Positions 24,732 to 30,068 of a DNA stretch of 30,068 nucleotides are shown here, in pieces (position 1 is the first letter of the stretch; every line of letters begins with the position of its first letter). The stretch lies in IMG/VR virus record IMGVR_UViG_3300017785_008782, positions 1 to 30,068 of that record, one strand, 5' to 3'. Source of the stretch: a virus. Taxonomy: Duplodnaviria > Caudoviricetes. Below the pieces are notes generated by a model. The model ran no database searches and was not told the DNA's origin. It was given only the letters and a program-made list of their open reading frames with translations. The translations under genes were made by a program, and so were the position numbers.

Positions 24732-25754
24732 TTACATGTACAGATCTTTGTCTTTCCATTTAGAGCTAACAATTCCAGTTTTTGGCGTTACCCCATGACG
24801 TAATTTACCAACGCCACCATGAGCCATTCTTGGTAAGCCAGCCTCTTTTCTTTCGCGTCTCTCTTTTGCTCCATACACAGATTTTTCTTCTTTGCCGGTC
24901 AACATACGCCCAACATTCTGAAAATTATGGCGCGTTTGCACGTTTGCTTTGACACGTTTGCCAGATCCTATTTTAAGGTCGCCTATATGACCACCGTCTT
25001 TCCAGGCCTTAGGGGTCTTATGGGGACCAGGGAACCCATGAACCCCTCCCATTCTCATTTTACAAGCTTTGCCACCTTTTTTCATTGGAGCTGGATCTTG
25101 CCAAGGTTGAGCATTAGGAGGAATTTGATTGCTACGATCTATATCCTGAGGAGGCATAACAGCAGTACGTGGTTGGGTAGGTGGATTATACCCACGTTCA
25201 CCAGGTTTTGGAGGAAGATGAGAGCCTTGCATACGGTGCCTACGTTGGGCTTCAGCATACGTATATTTAGGAGGTGGAGGTGTTCTACCGCCATTGGCCA
25301 TTTTAGGCTCCTCATCTTTTTTAGCAGATTCTCTTAAATAACGACCGGTTGGTTTGATGGCTTTTGTATTGATATCATGGCCAATTTCTCTAGCCATATT
25401 TTTAGCAGTGGCAGCTGCTTTACGCGTTGGCTGAGCAACATGCTCTTGAAATCCTCTGCGAGATTTATCAATAACATCTGTCTTTATTTTACGACCAATG
25501 CTTTCAAATCCTTCTTTTTCTTTGTGGCCAAACTCTTTAAATGCACCACGTGTTTTACGTGCAGCATTTGAAATATCATGACGCATTGCATGCCCTAATT
25601 TTTTTAATGCACCACCTGTTGCAAATTTAGGAATAGATCCACCTGTTGCTCTTTTGATAGGTTTCTCATTGGTCATGCGACCATTTCCGCATAGGCCTAA
25701 TTTTGAAGCTACTTCTCGACGATATCCGCCGTGCTCTGTTCTATCGATATCCAT
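24732..25754 (-). CDS. Basic, largely disordered protein with seven xxGG motifs (340 aa); putative internal head protein
   Basis: RATGG, FATGG, MANGG, MKKGG, MRMGG, WKDGG, MAHGG; K/R/P-rich; follows the portal gene. Confidence 0.7.
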   Translation of the reverse strand: MDIDRTEHGGYRREVASKLGLCGNGRMTNEKPIKRATGGSIPKFATGGALKKLGHAMRHDISNAARKTRGAFKEFGHKEKEGFESIGRKIKTDVIDKSRRGFQEHVAQPTRKAAATAKNMAREIGHDINTKAIKPTGRYLRESAKKDEEPKMANGGRTPPPPKYTYAEAQRRHRMQGSHLPPKPGERGYNPPTQPRTAVMPPQDIDRSNQIPPNAQPWQDPAPMKKGGKACKMRMGGVHGFPGPHKTPKAWKDGGHIGDLKIGSGKRVKANVQTRHNFQNVGRMLTGKEEKSVYGAKERRERKEAGLPRMAHGGVGKLRHGVTPKTGIVSSKWKDKDLYM

Positions 25755-25833
25755 TTTTTAATCCTTATAAGTTTAGTTTAAGTAAAAGTCATGACAATTA
25801 CAGTATACATAAAGATTAATACTTAAGGAATAT

Positions 25834-28458
25834 TTATGTTGACAAACCTAAAGGCGACGCATTAGTTTTTGCTAAGTGACTAAGTTTGTCTTGCTCTAAC
25901 TTTCCTTGATCACGCGTTATCTCGTTAGTTAAGCGTTGACTTTTTTCCATAAGATCTGCTGCTAACTTTGTCTGATCAAGATCTAATCGACTTTGATCAA
26001 TACTAATTTTATTCTCTGTCTCAGCGCTTTTAATCTGATCTTCAATTTGAGATTTTGAAAACTTAATTTGCAACTCAGCTTCTTTTAAAGGTAGTTCTGC
26101 ATCAAACTTATATTTATCAAGTTCTAATTTTTGTTGCTCCAACATCAACTGAAGTTTTTTGTTTTCAGCTTCAAGTTGCGCTCTCATTTCAATAACGCGA
26201 ACCTCTTCCATAGAAGCTTGCGCTTCTGTCAATGCTGCCTGCGCTTGTACTGTCATTGGATCAGGGGCTGCTTGTTGCTGCTGTTGCTGTTGCATTGCCA
26301 TTTGCGCTGCTGCAACAGATATCTGGTTTTGAACATCCATAGGAACTTCAGCTGGATCTTCTGGCATATGCATACCAGTAATAGCTTGAAAGTTAATAAG
26401 TAATTTCAATGCCTCGTGTTCTCGTATATGCGCTTGTATGGCCGCCATAATTTCAGGGTCTTGTTGGGCACTTGGATTGTTAAGAAGGACGCCATGACCC
26501 ATAATATGGGCATCTTGCTCCTGTTCTATACCAGCAACTACTGGAATCTTATTTAAGAAATTTTGATTCTCTGTCACAAGATCTAAAGGAATCGGCTGTT
26601 CTTCTTCCTCTTCATCTGGCAATAGCTTGGATATTTCTTCAGGACTTATTCCAAGGTTTTTATAAAAAAGTTCGTTGGCATATTTTAAATCATGTATATC
26701 GGGATCTTGACGAGCATTGTTGAGAATAACTTCTGCCCGCATAAAACGATACATAGAGTTTTGAAGAGACGGATCATTTGACGGAACAATTTGTACATGC
26801 TCCTCAAAATCAGAACGCATAATAACATGTTTGCCACCTGGGACTAAAAAGGGATAAGGCTGACCTTCTGGTAACCACTCTGCAAAACGATCTTTAAATA
26901 ACCCTAACATGAGCTCAAAAGACTTGTGGTACCCTTGAATCACAAAGTTTGGCACACGTTGATAATTCTCAAGCATTGCCAATACCGATGCAGCTGGTGC
27001 TCGAGGCGCCATCTCAGAAATAGCGTCGTTAATAATTGCTGAAGGTTTTCTAATATTATCTTCAATTTGATTTTTTAAATCATTCAATGCACCGCTAGGT
27101 TCTTTATAAGGCAGCGGCATAATAGCCTGATCTAAGGAAATTCCACCTGTTTGCAATTTAACAAACTGACCAGGTGCTGGTCTAATATCATTCTCCTCTA
27201 GTGTTAAACCAGCAGCATACACACCACCTGGAAAATTAGAGTACATACCAGCCATAATCAGCTGACGCATGATAGTAGATGCAGTTTGAGCTGATTGTGC
27301 TGCGTATTGGTTTAGTCCATACCCTTCACCATCAAGAGCCGGCAATAACGACCAATTAATAAAATACTCACGGTTCTTCTTGAGGTAATCTTCTTTCTTC
27401 CAATTTCGTTGAATACGCAAAACTTTAGCCGAGTGAGCATCTAATGTAATAATATAAGGCAGAGGGATCTCTATATCTTTAGCAGATGGATCTTCTTTGA
27501 TTCTGTATTCTACATGACACTCATAAATCTCATAAAAATCTGGAGTAGTTCCACCACCACTGCGCTCATACCCAATAATATCATCCAACTCCTCTTGAAT
27601 TACATTATCAGTGCCATCTAAAGAGGTGGGCATGATTTCAATGTCACGATACTCTCTAAGAATCTTGCGAAGTTCAAACTCCCTTTTATCCATGCGATGA
27701 ACTTGAGTTTTACGCGATGCGCACAAATGTGAAGAAAGATCTCTGTTTACAATGAAATCTTCAGGCTTAATCATCCTGTGAGTCGGTCTACCCAACACTG
27801 GATCAATAAACACTTTGCTATAAATAGAATCGAATATAGACCAGGCGACTGTTCTTTTAAGTTCTTTTTCAAACCCTTTATCAATCTGATACAAAAAGAA
27901 GTTAAAAAACGCAGTAATTCTGTAGGAAAGATTTTTTAATTTTTCATCTTCTTCACCTAAAATAACCGCATCTACTGCTCCCTTAGACGGAAAGATAGCG
28001 CCCATAACTGTTGCTATATAATGCAGCCACGTTTCAAACAAAGCTGTAGAGTTTGCCTCTGGTATACCATCAGCATTTTCAGCACCAGATGTGGTAGATT
28101 TAATTCCCAAAAGATTAATAAGATTAGCAATGTTTTGAAAATACGGTGCTTGGCTTTCCTTATCTTCTTCAATAGATTGCTTTAAAGAGTTTCCAATCTG
28201 TAACAAAACAGATTCATCCAAAATCTCTGCCAAGTTCTGATCATGGTCATCTTCATCTAAAACTCGCTGAACCGGATAAGAATCCCCATCAATAGCAATA
28301 GAGCCATCAGGAAACTTTTTAATACCATTTTCTTCAAGGCCTTCTTCTGGAACGTCATCAGCACTAAATCCTTTAGCTTGATAGTTCTCATCGTAGTCAG
28401 AAGCTTCTTGCTCTTCGGTGTTTTGATTACCTTCTTCTAACTCCGATTTGTTTTTCAT
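25834..28458 (-). CDS. Portal protein (P22-like, long C-terminal coiled coil)
   Basis: 874 aa after the terminase; PYIITLD..VLRIQRNW, MRQLIMAGMYSNFPGG, IMPLPYKEPS; Q/E/K-rich C-terminal barrel. Confidence 0.88.
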   Translation of the reverse strand: MKNKSELEEGNQNTEEQEASDYDENYQAKGFSADDVPEEGLEENGIKKFPDGSIAIDGDSYPVQRVLDEDDHDQNLAEILDESVLLQIGNSLKQSIEEDKESQAPYFQNIANLINLLGIKSTTSGAENADGIPEANSTALFETWLHYIATVMGAIFPSKGAVDAVILGEEDEKLKNLSYRITAFFNFFLYQIDKGFEKELKRTVAWSIFDSIYSKVFIDPVLGRPTHRMIKPEDFIVNRDLSSHLCASRKTQVHRMDKREFELRKILREYRDIEIMPTSLDGTDNVIQEELDDIIGYERSGGGTTPDFYEIYECHVEYRIKEDPSAKDIEIPLPYIITLDAHSAKVLRIQRNWKKEDYLKKNREYFINWSLLPALDGEGYGLNQYAAQSAQTASTIMRQLIMAGMYSNFPGGVYAAGLTLEENDIRPAPGQFVKLQTGGISLDQAIMPLPYKEPSGALNDLKNQIEDNIRKPSAIINDAISEMAPRAPAASVLAMLENYQRVPNFVIQGYHKSFELMLGLFKDRFAEWLPEGQPYPFLVPGGKHVIMRSDFEEHVQIVPSNDPSLQNSMYRFMRAEVILNNARQDPDIHDLKYANELFYKNLGISPEEISKLLPDEEEEEQPIPLDLVTENQNFLNKIPVVAGIEQEQDAHIMGHGVLLNNPSAQQDPEIMAAIQAHIREHEALKLLINFQAITGMHMPEDPAEVPMDVQNQISVAAAQMAMQQQQQQQAAPDPMTVQAQAALTEAQASMEEVRVIEMRAQLEAENKKLQLMLEQQKLELDKYKFDAELPLKEAELQIKFSKSQIEDQIKSAETENKISIDQSRLDLDQTKLAADLMEKSQRLTNEITRDQGKLEQDKLSHLAKTNASPLGLST

Positions 28459-28472
28459 TACTATCCATCCAT

Positions 28473-30068
28473 TTACATGCCTCTAGGGCCTTGAAAATTG
28501 TTGACCCTAAAATTCTTAAAGTTATAGGGCTGTATTTCAGGAATATGATCACCGCGATTAAATAATTCACCAAGTTCTCGCAAGTAAATAAACGCCTGAG
28601 ACATACTGTCTATTGTATCATTACTTTTTGAATTGGGAAACAATTCGCAATCTTCAAGTAATAACTTGCCGTATTCTTCAATAATATTTGAATCTGGTTT
28701 TGTAGGAAGCCAAACAAGACCTGATTCAATAACTGAGGCAATACGTCTAGCTCTGGCTTCTTTATCTCCATATCGACGTGGATAAAAATGATGGATAGGT
28801 AAATTCATTCGGCTTAACTCTTGAGCTAAGCTAAATCCATTTACTTGTGATTCTATAAGGATTTTGTCGACTGATTTTGAAGTATCCCCATAAGAAAGAG
28901 GGCTGTCTAAATTGGTATCAAGATAATTATTGGCTAGTCGTAAAGCCATTTCGCGTAATTCTGGGTATTCAACCTGCCCCTTGTATACGGACAACAGCAT
29001 TAAATTATTGTGGCCCTTTAGATCTTTAAATAAACCCCATGTTGTACAAGCGCTATAACAAATGCCCTCTTTGTAATTTTGATCACCAGGACGTTTACCA
29101 ACTAATGCTGTATCCCAACTTTGTAAAATATAATTAAAGGAAGGATATTTAAGGTCTTCCCAATATTTAAACCACTCTGTTTTAAGAATTCCTCCGCCCG
29201 CTGGTGAAGGACGTTGTTGCATTTGCCCTGCTTCACGATAAGAATCATTACGAAAGTCTTTTTGAACAATTTCTTTATAACGTTCTTCAGATATTCCTTG
29301 GGGCCACAATAAATCTCCCTCTTTTTCTCTGGGATCTTCCCATACCTCTCCATCGGTCATAGGCAAAGGAATGGTCATGCATTTATACGATGCTTCATAT
29401 TTCATCGGCAGACGCAAATGAATCCACCTATCATCATTTTTGCTTAAGATATTTCCACTTACATCACGCTCATGCACACGTTGCTGAATAACTAATCTTC
29501 TAAATTGATCAATGGTTCCGGCATACCTTGTTGACATAACAAAGTCGTGCCAATCATTAGTTCCTTCTCGAATTAAAGCTGATTCTGCTTCCAAAACATT
29601 ATTTGGGTCATCACATATCTCAAAATGCCCCCCATGGCCAGTGTTTGAACCCCCAACTGATGAAGCGATACGATATCCGCCATTAGTATTATCAAATCTA
29701 AGTTTGTTATTAACATCTGCCATTAATTGGACAGAGCTACCCCAAAGAGATTGATACCAATCTGATTGAATAAGACGACGACATTTAATGCTATCTCGAA
29801 TAGAGAGAGAACTGGCGTATGCAGAGTACAAAAAACTTAAATGAGGATCGTTAGCCCATATCCACGCAGCAAATGCTACACAACATATATTTGATTTACC
29901 TATACGAGGCGGGCAATTAATAATTAACCTTGTAATCTCAAGGTAATAAAGCGCTTCTAAATGCTCACAGATAGCTTCAGCATGCCATCCTGGTATGAAT
30001 TGCTGTCCAGGCTCTATAATCGGCCATGCACGCTCTAAAAAGTAATAGAAAGAGTTTTCACATAAAGC
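28473..30068 (-). CDS. terL: Terminase large subunit (5' end beyond the window)
   Basis: The frame stays open from the track start (29831) to the window end and includes RLIINCPPRIGKS (Walker A). Also ICDDP (Walker B), IQQRVHERD, nuclease motifs LQSWDTA, ILIE, NDTIDSMSQA. Confidence 0.95.
   Translation of the reverse strand, partial: ALCENSFYYFLERAWPIIEPGQQFIPGWHAEAICEHLEALYYLEITRLIINCPPRIGKSNICCVAFAAWIWANDPHLSFLYSAYASSLSIRDSIKCRRLIQSDWYQSLWGSSVQLMADVNNKLRFDNTNGGYRIASSVGGSNTGHGGHFEICDDPNNVLEAESALIREGTNDWHDFVMSTRYAGTIDQFRRLVIQQRVHERDVSGNILSKNDDRWIHLRLPMKYEASYKCMTIPLPMTDGEVWEDPREKEGDLLWPQGISEERYKEIVQKDFRNDSYREAGQMQQRPSPAGGGILKTEWFKYWEDLKYPSFNYILQSWDTALVGKRPGDQNYKEGICYSACTTWGLFKDLKGHNNLMLLSVYKGQVEYPELREMALRLANNYLDTNLDSPLSYGDTSKSVDKILIESQVNGFSLAQELSRMNLPIHHFYPRRYGDKEARARRIASVIESGLVWLPTKPDSNIIEEYGKLLLEDCELFPNSKSNDTIDSMSQAFIYLRELGELFNRGDHIPEIQPYNFKNFRVNNFQGPRGM

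Noticed and set aside
249-29754. Other short antisense or nested ORFs in the track (e.g. 1614-1850, 6244-6507, 21418-21756, 24927-25337, 29512-29754)
   Set aside because: They lie within well-supported genes and show no recognisable motifs.
28473-29831. Terminase starting at 29831 and lacking Walker A
   Set aside because: Window-edge artefact; the frame continues to 30068 and contains PPRIGKS.
1-30068. tRNA, rRNA, integrase, lysis or defence genes; host assignment
   Set aside because: None recognisable. AGGAG sites and sigma70-type promoters indicate only a Shine-Dalgarno-using bacterial host; finer assignment needs a search.

Overview
The window is a ~30 kb, AT-rich segment of a tailed dsDNA phage genome with a podovirus-type virion module, almost all on the minus strand. 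In transcription order (right to left) it holds: large terminase (cut by the window edge), portal, a basic protein with repeated xxGG motifs, a small conserved protein, a GroES-like co-chaperonin, scaffold, two head proteins, major capsid protein, decoration-like proteins, two head-tail adaptors, four mosaic fibre paralogues, a long tail fibre, tail nozzle, and four putative ejection/core proteins (the last cut by the edge). A type Ib parA plus RHH-adaptor cassette sits antisense between the tail and ejection genes, flanked by TGATCA boxes and near a 6 x 10-bp array, suggesting a phage-plasmid. The most unusual signals: (i) a [MFYWR]xxGG motif occurs 12 times in four predicted internal proteins, a candidate cleavage or packaging code; (ii) two adjacent paralogous ejection proteins have basic versus acidic N-terminal modules followed by an amphipathic peptide and glycine zipper; (iii) one of them ends in a prion-like Q/N/G/Y domain; (iv) a GTATACWTA/ATACTTAA motif recurs in intergenic gaps and overlaps a consensus sigma70 promoter. 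All calls come from motif reading and gene order; no database search was run.
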